A stretch of DNA of 63,191 nt, counting the filler, from Chiloscyllium plagiosum (taxonomy: Eukaryota), in NCBI RefSeq assembly GCF_004010195.1. It is 5 parts of one record of this genome, joined end to end, with 100 filler letters (N's around TTAATTAATTAA, not from the genome) between each part and the next. Parts side by side here need not be neighbours in the genome. Positions count along the whole stretch, not along the records: positions 26,799 to 51,365 come from NC_057717.1; 4 more parts are not named here. One strand, given 5' to 3'. Shown one piece after another: positions 35,997-49,248 of this stretch (positions within the stretch are counted from its first letter, which is position 1; every line of letters begins with the position of its first letter). The position numbers and the translations under genes are program-made. The notes beneath the pieces were generated by a model, which ran no database searches, was not told the origin of the DNA, and worked only from the letters and a program-made list of their open reading frames with translations.

Positions 35997-36289
35997 TTGC
36001 TGGATGCTTTCATACGTTTTCACATATGCGCCTGCAAAGTAACAGAAGCACACTCCCAGGGAAAGGGTTCCATAATTCCTCTCCTGCTTGCACAGCTGTT
36101 GGGAAATGCTGGCTACAATATCAATTCCGCAGCAGATAAGGATAGCCCATTAATCCAGACATAAATCAATGGCTATCTGAATCTATCTTCTGAGACGCTT
36201 TTCAGCTGCAAATGTATATGTGTGTGTGTACGAATGTATGTTTGGTTTTGATTTTATAAAATAACCGTGAGCTGCATGAGTTCGAGGTG

Positions 36290-36720
36290 CACTAGGTAAA
36301 GTTGGAGATCCCAACCTGATGTCCCAATGTTCCCAGCTCCATGTCAATCAAAGCTGCTCCAGGTGAGTTTTGAGCTCCCAGCCTGATGTTCCAATGCTCC
36401 CTGCTCCATGTCAATAGAAGCTGCTTCAGGTGAGTTTGGTGATCCCAAGTTGATGTCCCAATTCTCGCTGCTGCTCAATGTCAATAGAGGTTGCTCCAGG
36501 TGAATTTGGAGCACCAAGCCTGATGTCCAAATGTTCCCTGCTCCATGTCAATAGAAGCTTCTCCAGGTGCGGTTGGAGCTTACCGTCTGGTGCCCCAATG
36601 CTCCCTGCTGCGCCATGTCAATAGAAACTGCTCTAAGTGAGGGTGGAGCTCCCAGCCTGACGCCCCAATGCTCCCTGCTGCTCCATGTTAATACAAGCTG
36701 CTCAAGGTGCTATTTGAGCT
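36290..36720. repeat. Tandem repeat of 67-70 bp, about 6 copies
   Basis: aggtgagtttggagctcccagcctgatgtcccaatgctccctg(ctg)ctccatgtcaatagaagctgct units at ~36294, 36361, 36428, 36498, 36565, 36635. Confidence 0.9.
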
Positions 36721-37938
36721 GAAGACCCGACATCGCATGCTCTTCGAAACGATCATAGAAGTAACGTGCGCTAACTGATTGCATCCCTGGGGGCCACAGA
36801 GTAGTTGCACTATTAAAGTAGTATCCAAATACAAGTGTATTATCCGCAACATGAGAACTTTACTTTTTTTTAATCACCACCCAAGTATACTTTGTGAAAA
36901 ACTTTCTTTCCAAAGCCTTGTTTAGCATGTGCCTATTGCACTCAATATGACAGAAGTTAATAGTGGCAAATGGCGGATTTTCAATAAATACTACATCATA
37001 TGATTCATGCTGAGTAACTGCTATTTAGCAAGGATGACGTATTTGAGGAAATCAGCAGTTTTATTTCCTGTGAGGGAATGAGGATTGTATTCATTAAATT
37101 GAACTTGTGAAATGTGTTAAATGGTCACAATAGATCTCAATTTGAAAGATATTTGATAATGTTGTTATCCAACATGAAATGAGGCGTTGTCTTCTATTGG
37201 CAACACCGTTGTTAGAACGAACTACCTATTAATGACAAGAGAATAAACGAAATTTAAATAATTTCACATGTTTGTTCTACATTAGTCAGCGGTTACTGAT
37301 CCACAGTTTTGGTCAGTCCCTGCAGTTAACATGATGTCTGCTCCAACTGTTCATAAAGAGAGGGAGCTTGCTTCCCACTTCTTGTCTTTGTCTGCGTCTC
37401 ATGTTCAGCATTCATCACTGGCAAGAGCAATGAGAAAGGGAGAGACCAACGTGTAAGTGTGTCCATGCCCATGCACAGTACTGACATTAGCATGTTCTCT
37501 GCTGGGCATTTTCAGCCAGTACTCGGTTTTCCTGAACCCTTCCTCTGCCCCTTTCGAAATATCTCCATTACTTTCTGCTGTCGGTCTGTGCTTTTGTCAC
37601 TAAGATGAATCACTTCTACCCACTCTGCTACAGGTTTCATCTGACAAAATACTCATTAACAATCCATTGGATAAACATGCGCTTGCCATCTCTCGTTATT
37701 TGCTTTTCCTGGATCTCATTCATTCGATAAAAGCTCACAATAACTTGTCTTCAAAAGGAAAATCGTGTTCCTTTTCATTATCCGTAGTCAGTCTGCATTT
37801 CAATACCGTTTAAGTGACAGATTGGACTAATTAATGGAGACCTTACTGCAGCATTGATGGCAATAAACTGACCAGTCGACCTCCAATTTAGCCGAGACCC
37901 AAACAAAAGCAGCGTCATGAACGACTGCACTCCATAAG

Positions 37939-38020
37939 CGACGAGAGTGCGATTCAATCCCACGCCTCCTGAGAACAATGAGTCAGTAGCCAATCACTTT
38001 TACCTCTCAGACACCTCGTC
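37939..38020 (-). pseudogene. tRNA-Ser(GCT)-derived relic
   Basis: Minus strand gacgaggtgtctgagaggtaaaagtgat...gcgtgggattgaatcgcactctcgtcg, 82 nt, with acceptor stem gacgag/ctcgtc retained. Confidence 0.75.
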
Positions 38021-40188
38021 ACCCATGCTCTGCACATCTGACCATATTATTAACTGAGTTGAGTAAATTGTGCATAGAAGCGAATTCCTCTCTCTGCTTT
38101 TGATGAAATGATAAATAGCACAGTCCAGTTCACAAAGAATGTCCGCACCTCTGCTCGATGGGGCAAGCGCATTCCCAATGTAGCATTCTGCTCATATGAT
38201 CTGAACATAAATAAAGAAATGACTAAGTAACAAGATCTGTTGAATTGAATTCTATCAAGAATTGGAGCTGATGGAATGAAAAGCCTCGTGACGGGGGCGA
38301 TGTAACACTGTCTCTGACGAATTGTTTTCCCGACTCGAGGCAGTCCACAGTGCTCAGTGGCAGAACTAGCACCCCTCCTCTTCTGGACAGATATTTTTGA
38401 CCGATCACACTTATGTACAGAGTGAACAATTTCAAAATCGTAAATACGACTAACTGTAAATTGAATTGAACAACACAAAAAGTGACTGGAGCGACTCTTT
38501 ACCAATAAAGTTTATTTTGCTCAACCTTGACCTATGTTCTTTTCCTGGGCCGGGTGACACCAAGTCACTGTACGATCACAGCAACACAGTGAGCAAATGG
38601 CAGAGGGAAAATCTGTGTAGTGCAACAGGGCATGTTGGGAGCAGCAGCAGATTCACAGGGAAGTGAATTTCCCACAACGGGAACACTTCCCAAACAGCGA
38701 ACTGAGATGGAAGAACTCAGAGCGTTATGAAATTTTATAATTAATTCTGCAGGCACTGTGGAGATCAGTCATTGAGTCTCTTCACAGTTAAAATTAAAAG
38801 ATTTATACGGTTTAAAACCAAAATAAAAATATTCAGGGGTTAGTGGACGGAAATATTGCAGTCATATTATTAAATAATTAACTCATCTTAGTAATGAGCA
38901 GCTCATCCATTTCCTCATAGAACGTTGGAACCACTGGTAAAGGCGATCATATAATTCCAGGTACCAGCCGTGGAAGCAGAGATACTCGTTTTCCCATCCG
39001 TTTTGATCCAACCAGGAATGTGGCTGTAAGCATTAATGCGTGGATCCAGTGCAGCAGGTAATCAGTGGATGGTATCTCTGTGCCAATGTAGTAGGCTGTG
39101 TTGAATGGAGGTTTTAAATTTGACCCTCACATGGAGCAGCTTCAATTTGTCATGGTGTTGAAGTTTCAGGACGGAAGGCAATGTTGAGCAAAGCTAAGTT
39201 GATATTGTAAGTACCAGTTTTATGAATTGGGAAACGACCTTTTCTGGAAAATGACTCATTACCAACAAACATGCTGCACATTTTTAAAACGTGACAACAT
39301 GCTTGGACAGAGAACCGAAAATAATTTTTCAACAAATGGATGGCGTTTCCCTTGCGCGCTGTGTTAAATTAAGAGAAAACAAAACATGTTGATCCCGTTT
39401 CGTGTTCCTCAATTTGCTGCAAACTCACAAAAGTCATTGTAATAATCAAAAAGGAATTACATTGATCATAAGGGACCGTTCGAATATTGCATTCAGTTTT
39501 GGTCAGAGCTTCTTTCAGCTTAAAATTGCGTGCTGTAGGAAAGAAAGATAGAGACAACTTTGAGAATTTAATGGATGGAGATCAGAAAGCATGAAATATA
39601 CGTAACATACTGTGAATGTGGTCAAATATTTAAAGCAGGCATAATGTCTCCTAGCGACAATTCAGTTCCTTCTCATTTGGAAGTAACTTTTGTTTGCAAT
39701 CTTCTAGAAGATCAATTCCATTTACAATATTTCACATTGAATAATATGCCATACCTTTCAAATTCATGAACATTTTATATTCCATCTTATCCAGCTGGAC
39801 GTGTTCATGAAAAGTATTTTTTGATAGGTCAACACAATTCGAAATTTTTACATGTACTTTGACTTTCTCCCAATGGTAAATTCCCTACTTATGTTCTCGT
39901 TCATGTATCTTATGAAACACTCTGGAGTCAGCTTCTATCATTCTTTCTGGAAATTCGTTCTGGATTTAAATAGTTCTTGAGAAGAAGAAACTCTGACCCA
40001 AGTTTTTCTGGATCATTGACCAATGCGTTTGACTCTGAGACTCTATTTATTGATTTACTCGAAAGAGGGAATATCGCTGATTTAGTCACTTCAAACCTTG
40101 TGTTATGTGAAAGATGTCTTTCGTTTACTTCCCAAACTTGCATGTTTCCGGTACAGCCTTTTCAAAATCATGTGAATAAAATCCCTCA

Positions 40189-40503
40189 TTAGATTAGATT
40201 AGATTACTTACAGTGTGGAAACAGGCCCTTCGGCCCAACAAGTCCACACCGACCCGCCGAAGCGTAACCCACCCAGACCCATTACCCTACATTTACCCCC
40301 ACATCTAACACTACGGGCAATTTAGCATGGCCAATTCACCTGACATGCACATCTTTGGACTGTGGGAGGAAACCGGAGGAAACCCACGCAGACACGGGGC
40401 GAACGTGCAAACTCCACACAGTCAGTCGCCTGAGGCGGGAATTGAACCCGGGTCTCTGGCGCTGTGAGGCAACAGTGCTAACCACTGTGCCACTGTGCCG
40501 CCC
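40189..40503 (-). mobile_element. HE1-type (V-SINE) shark SINE, near full length
   Basis: tRNA-like head gggcggcacagtggcacagtggttagcactg...gggttcaattccc, V-core gtgtggagtttgcacgtt..ccccgtgtctgcgtgggtttcctccgg, (TCTAA)n tail. Confidence 0.92.
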
Positions 40504-43500
40504 ACTTCTGGCTATCATCCTCATAAAACCGGTTTGTATCATTTCTAATGTTTTTATGTCTCAGTTAACCTCAATCCTGAGTTTCCTCTTGTCTTTCTAT
40601 ACAGGAAATTGTGGCTGTGCCCTTTCTAATGTCTTTACTTGTTTTGTTGGAGAGTGAGGACAAGGATTACAAACAATGTTTGCATTGAGTTTGTCATTTA
40701 GATTTTACAGTTACACTATGAACACTTTGCTTTGTAATATAATTTCCCTATTCATAAATTCAAACGACGTTCATTATTATCTAACCAGATCATGAACAAT
40801 CTCGCCATGAAAACCTCCTTTGTACTTCCAAGGAATTTGGGAAAAGGTTTGTAAGGCCAGCAACCCTAAATCTACTTGACCTGAGTGAGTCTCAGCTTTT
40901 TCTAAAGGTAACTGAGATTCAATCACATCACAGTGGGGCTGAAGTCGTTTTCTGTGCAGACTGGCTGTGGACATGAAATACCCGTCGCCAAAGACCACCA
41001 TGGATCTAAAATCAAAACTTTCCAAACAAATAATTGTCATATCTATTGTTTATCATCTTTCTGTGTTCTTGTCTGGTTTGTTCGTGTGTCCCTGTATTAA
41101 ATCGCACCCAATGTTTAATTTTTGAATGGAGACATTCCCTTCACCACTCATGTTTGGAAATGCCATTCGACATTGAATGATTTTATTCATATGCTCCCAG
41201 AGGGCAGTCCTCCCATTACTGTGATGAATCCAGTGAACATTTTCAACGCATCTTCAAAGCCAAGTATTCCCTTCTCCGAGTAGCAGATCGGTTCTGCATT
41301 GTACTCAATGTGTGTGCTCATTAAAAGCAAAACAATTGCAGCAAGATTTTCAGACTAAGATTTTTTGCAATCTGCTTGCATTAACGTTTGTCCCAACAGT
41401 TATATTCCTTATTGTCGTTTGTTTGTGGATGACAAAATTTCTTGAATCTTTCTGTTTTTATTTCATATTGGCGGATGTTGAAGCAGTTTATAATAAAAGT
41501 GATTTCTAGAAGCCACCAGAGAGCACAGTAGCTGATAATGTGAAATGAGTCAGCAGTAAATATTGACCTCAGAATGAAGGTGTCGCTGGTTTGCAGTGAT
41601 GACTGTGTGGCTGAGTTTCGTATTTATTTTGGAGGAGGACAGGTTGGTTCTAAGACGAGCGCTTAAAACCGAAACAAGGGGAAAGCTATCAGATAACGAA
41701 GTTAGGGTAAGCTGAATTGAAGTGGAAAATTGCATCAGAGGATTGGGCAGTACAGCTTCATCATGTCACTCAGACTGTAAAAGCCACGCAGAAGAAGCAA
41801 AACATCTTCAGTGCAGGCACAATGACAGGTCAAGTGGGAAGGAAACAAAGCAAGACACTAAGATGGAATGCAACAATTTATGTGAAAGGTTTCACAATAT
41901 ATCCTTAGTTAAATGCTGTCTGCCCTCTCCTTGGAAAATGGAATTTCCTGCAGTGTAACGGTGATATTTGCCTTGCTACAACACAAGGCCAAGAGACAAG
42001 GACACATTACCTTTTGTAAAAGTGTGGCCTTGTGAATCACGCTCGGGCCATCTACCAGAATTCAAGACTGCACAGATCTCATCTGCGCTGTCCAACGTAT
42101 TTGCTGCTCCTGTAGTCAGATCTCAATGGCTTTACCTTGTGTCTTCCTCAGCTCCCTGTTTCCCGAAAACACTTCCAATCATTGTTCGTAACTCCCGTGC
42201 TGACAAAACGTACAATTAACCAAGTTGCCCTCTCTGGCTCTCACTCTGATATAATATGAAAGTGAAGTGCACTGTGTCTGATGGCAGGACACCCTACAGG
42301 ATTTTCAGACAGCGCCATCCTCCCTGTGACATGGACCTGCTGGGTAATATTCTGTTGTGTATATGTGACCTGGCTTTGCCAATATCACCGTTATCTAACT
42401 CCCTACATTCTGTTGTTCGAATTGTGATTCCACTCATAATCACAAACGTGTCACAAACCACCTTGGATGTGTTGGCTCTCCACAGAGATAAATATGCTTC
42501 TGTTTTGGTATCAATCTCTTGCCTTCTCCCTGTAACTCTGCACACTTTTACTTTCAACATAAACATCGAATTAGTTTTTAAATAACTTGATCCAAACTGT
42601 GTCTTTGTCAAGTCAGGCAGTGGTTAACCAACCCGAACCACTGCTGATGTGAAAACGTTCTTCCTCATGTACATTTTTCTTCTTTTATTAATGACTTTAA
42701 AACTCTACCGAATCGTTCTCGATACTTTCAGGCGTAGGAAGCATTCTCCCTTTATTTTCTCCTATGTCTAAACCACTATGACTTGGAAAGGTTCAAGAAA
42801 GCCAGCTTTCGGCCTTCCGTTCTCCATGGAGAACTGTCCCAACTTTCCAAATGACCTTTATTGTTGCTATTCCTCATATACCACAACATTCCCATCATGC
42901 TGTTCAGCGCTGTTTCTAATCATATCATGTTCCCATTTCCTGAAGGTCAACATACAGAACTTTGTGAACATCCAGATGGTGGATTTATTCAGAGTGGGAT
43001 GGTGTGTGTGAACATCCTGAAACATTTGTTTCAATTTCACCGCGTATGGTACTGTGTCATGCCCACTACAATGACACTTCTGACCGCAAATGACAAAGTT
43101 ATTTCAATGGGGGCAACTTCATAATTTGCCCCTTTTTTTATCTAACAGTTGATAGGGCGCCCGGGCAAAAGTGAAATCAAACAACCAAGGCTCGAAGGCG
43201 ACTTGAAGTAAGAATTCTCACATGCCAGTATTAATACAAGCTACGTAACAAGCTACGAAGCGAAGATAATACCCCTAGACACTCTTGCATTTCCAACACT
43301 AAACCAGCTGAGAGTCACTCAGATCCAACTACATCCCACTTTGTTCTCGGATTTCGAAGCAGCAAACAGTTTCAAGAATATCGCCAACTCATTCCCTCCC
43401 CTTGTTCGCAGGATGGTGCTCTTTATCCCTTCCGTTTGGACTGAGCTGTGTCCATCGGCAGATTATGCATCTATTTCCATCCACCTGCAGGCAGTGTGAG

Positions 43501-43619
43501 GGGAGGCAAGCGCGAATACACTCTAAAACTCTCTCTCATCGGCACAACCAGGTCCCTCAAGTGCTGGAAATGAGCAAGTTTGATTTATCTGAGATAGCGA
43601 CAAAGATATTGAGAAATGT

Positions 43620-43891
43620 AGATTAGATTACAGTACAGTGTGGAAACAGGCCCTTCTGCCCAACAAGTCCACACCGACGCGCTGAAGCGCAACCCACCCA
43701 TATCCCCACATTTACCCCTTCCCAGCCCATATTTGTGACTGTGGGAGGAAACTGGAGCACCCGGAGGAAAACCACGCAGATACAGGGAGAACGTACATAC
43801 TCCACACAGTCAGTCGCCTGAGGCGGGAATTGAACGCGGGTCTCTAGCGTAGTGAGGTAGCAGCGCTAACCACTGTGCCACCGTGCCGCCC
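43620..43891 (-). mobile_element. HE1-type SINE, internally deleted
   Basis: Same head, core and tail as the 40189 copy. Confidence 0.9.
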
Positions 43892-44784
43892 ACCGTGTAC
43901 TCTGGGTACTCTGGATACTCTTCTCTCAGGTAAATTCATGTGAGGGCATTTTTGTGCAGCCTATTTGGTGTTCAGAATCCATCTTCACTCAGCAATCCTG
44001 CAGAAAAGCTTTCCTAATAGGGACAGCTGTTTCTTTGCTGCAATCGGGCAGCAATTAGCATCTGAGCCCCAACTGTCCAAGATCAAGACAATCCGAGTAA
44101 AACCCTCACTCACTGAGAGCCATTCCCACAGCCCTGAGCTGCGGGGCTGCAGATAATCTAACGCGGAAGGAGGGTTAATGATGAGACATTGTTTCACCCT
44201 GAGCCACTCTGTCCCAGATACAGGAGGAGGGAAAGCATCAATGCGTGGCGTCACTCACGCGCCGTCAGAAGCTATTCAGCACATCGAGTCCACTGCGACT
44301 CTGGGTCGCTTGGATATCTCTGTGGTTATTCATAATTGGTGATGCATGTCCTAATAATGCAGAACTGTGTTCGTGTTGTAATGCTGTCTCCAACAAGATG
44401 ATCCAATTGCCATTCATGGCTTTTCATCTCACAGGGAGGACACTGCTGTGTGAAACAGCGTGGGGAATAAATGCAGGGCGTCATGCTCATAGAACACTCT
44501 GCAACTGATATATTTTACCTGCACCAGTTTATTCCCAGCGCTGGCAAGTGAGTTTGCGAATCAGATCAGAGAAGACAGATAGAGAACAGGAAAAGAGCTT
44601 CCAGACATTCACAAGTGTGTTCCCTCACCTGTGTAAATTTGGCGGGTGTATCAGTACGCGATATTCATTTCAGATTGAGAGAAAGGAAGTGGAAATTGAA
44701 ACAACATGCAAGACGTTGAATGGAGCTATGTTATAGAGGAACACTGGCCGGGCAGTACACACACTGAAACCTGGAATTGTCAAC

Positions 44785-44856
44785 GAGCAGAGGATGTTTT
44801 CAATTCATTAATTTTTGGGTTATGAGCCCAGTACGGTCCCGCTGGATCGCTCTGTT
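44785..44856 (-). pseudogene. Initiator tRNA-Met relic
   Basis: Plus strand gagcagaggatgttttcaattcattaatttttgggttatgagcccagtacggtcccgctggatcgctctgtt aligns end to end (72 nt) with the reverse complement of vertebrate tRNA-iMet; anticodon CAT retained. Confidence 0.8.
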
Positions 44857-46259
44857 AGCGCTGACCACAGGAGTTTCCCGCGGTCTTCATCTTTTAATCT
44901 GGCGTGTGGCATGTGCCTCAGACGATGATTTCAAGAAGGACTTCACTATTATTGTGTGATACACTGAAGCGCATATGTGTTCCGGCTGTGTCAACATAAC
45001 CTGTGAGTAACTTCCCACATTCTGTTAGTTTAACTGTGTTTTCACTCAGAATCACGAAATAGGGCAAAGTGAGGCCATACAGCCCACCTTCGCTGTGCTG
45101 GATCCAAACAATAAGGAAATGTCTGTGTCATTCGATTGATTGATTATATTTGATTGATTGTCACATTTACCTGAGTGCAGTGAAACCTTTGCAATTGGTA
45201 AAGGCAGATCATAGTAATCAAGGAAATGCAGATCACAGCGTGAGAGAAAACAAGGCATTCAGGTTACTCCGTACAGGACGTGCGCTCGGCAAGATCCACA
45301 TTAACAGGATCAGCATCATTTGAAGTTGGAGAATACACTAGTAACGGCATACAAGAAGCTGCTGGTGTCTGTCTTGAAGATTCAGTATCTTGATCTGACC
45401 TCAATCTCATCGAAATCATACTTTCTGAGTCACAAATCGGACCGGATGCAAAACTCCAGGGCTCAAGTGTCATTTCTCACGCGTGCATCACCCACCCGAA
45501 GCAATATCACACCCAAGACCAATGAGACAGAACCGCACCTTAAGCGTGATCTATAAATCAGGTGAGTCTCTTTGTTTAAAAAAGGCTTTTTCTTTTGTTT
45601 CGGAGTGAAGGCAGCACTGAGTTTTAATAATAGCTCCTTGCCATTCTGCCTCCCGTTTCCCAGGAGGCTGCGCCAGCCCTTCCCCCCGCTGGCAGCTGGA
45701 CGAACTCATCTTCTATTGGTAATCAGTGTTGTGGAAGAGCAAGGTGAATGCGCTCTTCAGCTCCCTATCAAACACGGGCTTCTGCAGCGGGGGAGGGGGC
45801 TCATGGGAGTGGTAGTTATGGAAATTCTGGAAAGCTGTACAAAAGGGAGATCTTGCATGCGCAGGAACTCATATTCTTTTGGTAACCTTGTCCAAATAAT
45901 TCCATCTAAGACAGATAGAAATGCTGGGAAAGAAATAATCTCTCCCAGTAATCGGGAACAGTGTCTGTGTACTTCTCGAATTCACAGCGAGGGCTCTGCT
46001 GTCTGAATCTACATGGGATGTTATTGCAGCGAGTCCTGTCGCTCAGGCACATTGCACCTGATATGTATAAACTTTACCACGTTACCTCCAGCTCAGAGAA
46101 GAGTTCTCACAGCTCATATCATCCCAGAGTGACAGGGAACAGCAGAAAGCGATTCAGACCATCATCTGACCACCTGCTGGGGAGAAAAGGGATTTGGGAG
46201 AGCAGACAGTCTCGACCAGTGCATGTTCCCATCATTTACAGTCTTGGTCTGTGTGACAA

Positions 46260-47280
46260 CAAAAGTAGGAACCAGGAACTGTTTATCTTGCTTCTTAAAA
46301 CAGGCGTGAAAATTTTGTAGAGCAAAGATGCATCTACCTGCTGTTAGTGAAAGGATGAAGAACAGTGTACAGTGTACAGAGTATGGTATGACCTCTGTTT
46401 TGTGGGGCCAGCACGCTCCAACCGTGACCCTTTGCTCACATCATTTGAACACAAACAAATAAATGACTCAGTGATAAATCTTGCTAAATCGGATTTTGTG
46501 AGGAATTGAAGGCGATGGAATGAAATCCCTTTGAATGTGGGGATTTTACATTGCCTTTAAGGGAATTGTTTTCCAAACCCGAGGAGAGTGCGCAGTGCTG
46601 CTTCCATGGATCAATACCAGGATAGATATATTGAATCAGTGTCGGATGTTATTGTAGGGGGCCCTGATGCTTAGACACACTGCACCTTTTGTACAATAGA
46701 GCAAAAGCACGGAACTTTTGCGCCGAGAGGACAACTTCAAAATAGTAAATGAGGCATAATGCAAAAATGAGCGAAACAACACAGCAACCACAGAAACTGG
46801 TATTACGTAACGGGGTAAACTCCTCTGCTAATGTAAACCAGTAACACACAAAGCATTCAACCCGTGCTGTATTCTGCTAAAATTCAAGAGGCAAAGAACT
46901 ATGGCAAATATTAGTAATTAAAGTTAAAAATAACAACTTTATCACTTTTTTACATTTTACAGAGAATAATTAACTTACAACTACTTACAACTCCTTTCTC
47001 TAAACCTGTCTTTAACCTTCTGCTCTACAATACTGGTCTGAAAAGCCTTCCCCAAACCCGACCCCATTAATATTTACAAAAATATTCAAATTTAAAAACC
47101 AGGCAGTTGTCGAATCTTCTCTTTGTATCTTCCTCTGTGGATTTCCTCTCCAGGTCGGTGTCGATGCTTTTTTCTATGCAATCTATTTCTCCAGATAGGC
47201 ACCTCTCGGAGATCTTACTAGCATCCGATACCTGTTGGTCTTTTACCTGTTCTCTTTGCTGTTCTTTGCCACTCTGGGTA
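46260..47280 (+). repeat. Duplicated block, copy 1 (paralog 51466-52470), including a truncated copy of the solo LTR
   Basis: Colinear from caaaagtaggaaccaggaactg to ctttgcca.tctg.gta. Confidence 0.92.
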
Positions 47281-49175
47281 ACCCACTGCTACCTGTGACA
47301 TGCCGCTTCAAGAATGGAAGGACAGGTATCAATAACCCGCACATAGGAACAGAATATCTGTACTGTTCAATAACAATCGCTTCACTACCCTAACTCCATT
47401 ATAAACCAATTGACCCATAGACATATATGTCTTGGCATCACAAATTCACATCTGAATACTTAGCAAGTTATGTAGATTTCTGCATCTCTGTTCCTTGCAT
47501 ACACTGAGTTCCAGATTTCAACGAGCCACTGGTTGAAAGCGTTTTTCCACGCATTCACTCTAATCTTTCCACCTCTGCCTTAAATCGATAGCTCTCTGTG
47601 ATTGAAATCTCTATCGAAACCATTGTTATTGAAACCAGTGTTTCAGTGTCTGCTCTCCATATCCCTCAGCATTTTGTACATCTGAATCTTAACCCCTCTC
47701 AATCTCCTCTGCTCTAAGTAAAACANNNNNNNNNNNNNNNNNNNNNNNNNNNNNNNNNNNNNNNNNNNNNNNNNNNNNNNNNNNNNNNNNNNNNNNNNNN
47801 NNNNNNNNNNNNNNNNNNNNNNNNNNNNNNNNNNNNNNNNNNNNNNNNNNNNNNNNNNNNNNNNNNNNNNNNNNNNNNNNNNNNNNNNNNNNNNNNNNNN
47901 NNNNNNNNNNNNNNNNNNNNNNNNNNNNNNNNNNNNNNNNNNNNNNNNNNNNNNNNNNNNNNNNNNNNNNNNNNNNNNNNNNNNNNNNNNNNNNNNNNNN
48001 NNNNNNNNNNNNNNNNNNNNNNNNNNNNNNNNNNNNNNNNNNNNNNNNNNNNNNNNNNNNNNNNNNNNNNNNNNNNNNNNNNNNNNNNNNNNNNNNNNNN
48101 NNNNNNNNNNNNNNNNNNNNNNNNNNNNNNNNNNNNNNNNNNNNNNNNNNNNNNNNNNNNNNNNNNNNNNNNNNNNNNNNNNNNNNNNNNNNNNNNNNNN
48201 NNNNNNNNNNNNNNNNNNNNNNNNNNNNNNNNNNNNNNNNNNNNNNNNNNNNNNNNNNNNNNNNNNNNNNNNNNNNNNNNNNNNNNNNNNNNNNNNNNNN
48301 NNNNNNNNNNNNNNNNNNNNNNNNNNNNNNNNNNNNNNNNNNNNNNGGTATATCCTCCCTTACTTGTTATGACCTTATGACCTCATGACTTCTTGATTGT
48401 GGTTTGTTCTTGTTTTTGCAGAAACGGGAAACAGATACTTATAACTACTGTTGATAAGGCATATCTAGCTTAACCCCCTCCCCTCACAGCACCTTATCTA
48501 TTTGTCTGTAACATCTATCATTGTTGCAGGCACATTTAAGCTTATACAAAAACAATTCTGTATTTCCTTCACATAGTTTTCATTCTTGTTGACTCAGCTC
48601 TTTGTTGAAACAATTATACACTGGTGTCAGTTCATTTACCTTGCATAAGTAAATATGATTGCAGAAGTAACACTACTTTATCTCTATCCCACGTAACTGA
48701 TGTGGAAATCCACAGAAACTGATGTTTTTTGAAAAACTGTTGTTTTCCTCAATGCTGCCCTGTGTCATTTTCCTGAACCTGATGTTTAAATACTCGCTGG
48801 TGCATGTCAGTTAAAAGCTGCTACATGAGGATTGATCTCAATGGATCAAATGGTTTGAAGGTCCTGATGATGAGACTTGGTCATGGTAATCCAGCAGCAG
48901 TGATTGCAGCAGCACAGACTGAACAGCGGGCAATGTGCAAGTAATTGTAAGGGAAATGGGAGGGAGAACTTAAAGGAGGTAAATGCTTGTGGGAGGGAGA
49001 GAATTCTCCGAGAATGAGTGAGTCTGAATCCTGATATATGACTCTCAGAGATGTGTGAGAGGGGATTGATGGAAAACGTCATAATCTCGGAGAATGTTTT
49101 CACGTAAAGTCAACTAATTCCTTTGTGTGTTTCTTCAGTATGTGTCACAAGGTGTAAAATGGGGGGAACGTTACC

Positions 49176-49248
49176 TGCAGTGACTCGGATTCGAAAGAGG
49201 TTACTGCGGCAACAGTGCACAATATTTTAACATTACAACCATCACTGA
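49176..49248 (-). pseudogene. tRNA-His relic
   Basis: tgcagtgactcggattcgaaagaggttactgcggcaacagtgca...atcactg matches the reverse complement of tRNA-His(GTG). Confidence 0.75.

Noticed and set aside
36290..36720. CRISPR-like regular repeat
   Set aside because: Head-to-tail units with no unique spacers, eukaryotic context, no cas genes
45515..45570. CCAAT plus TATA-like (ctataaat) promoter arrangement
   Set aside because: No recognisable downstream gene; such short motifs occur by chance
46585..46630. Partial similarity to U2 snRNA (caataccagg)
   Set aside because: Only about 10 bp match; no Sm site or U2 5' region
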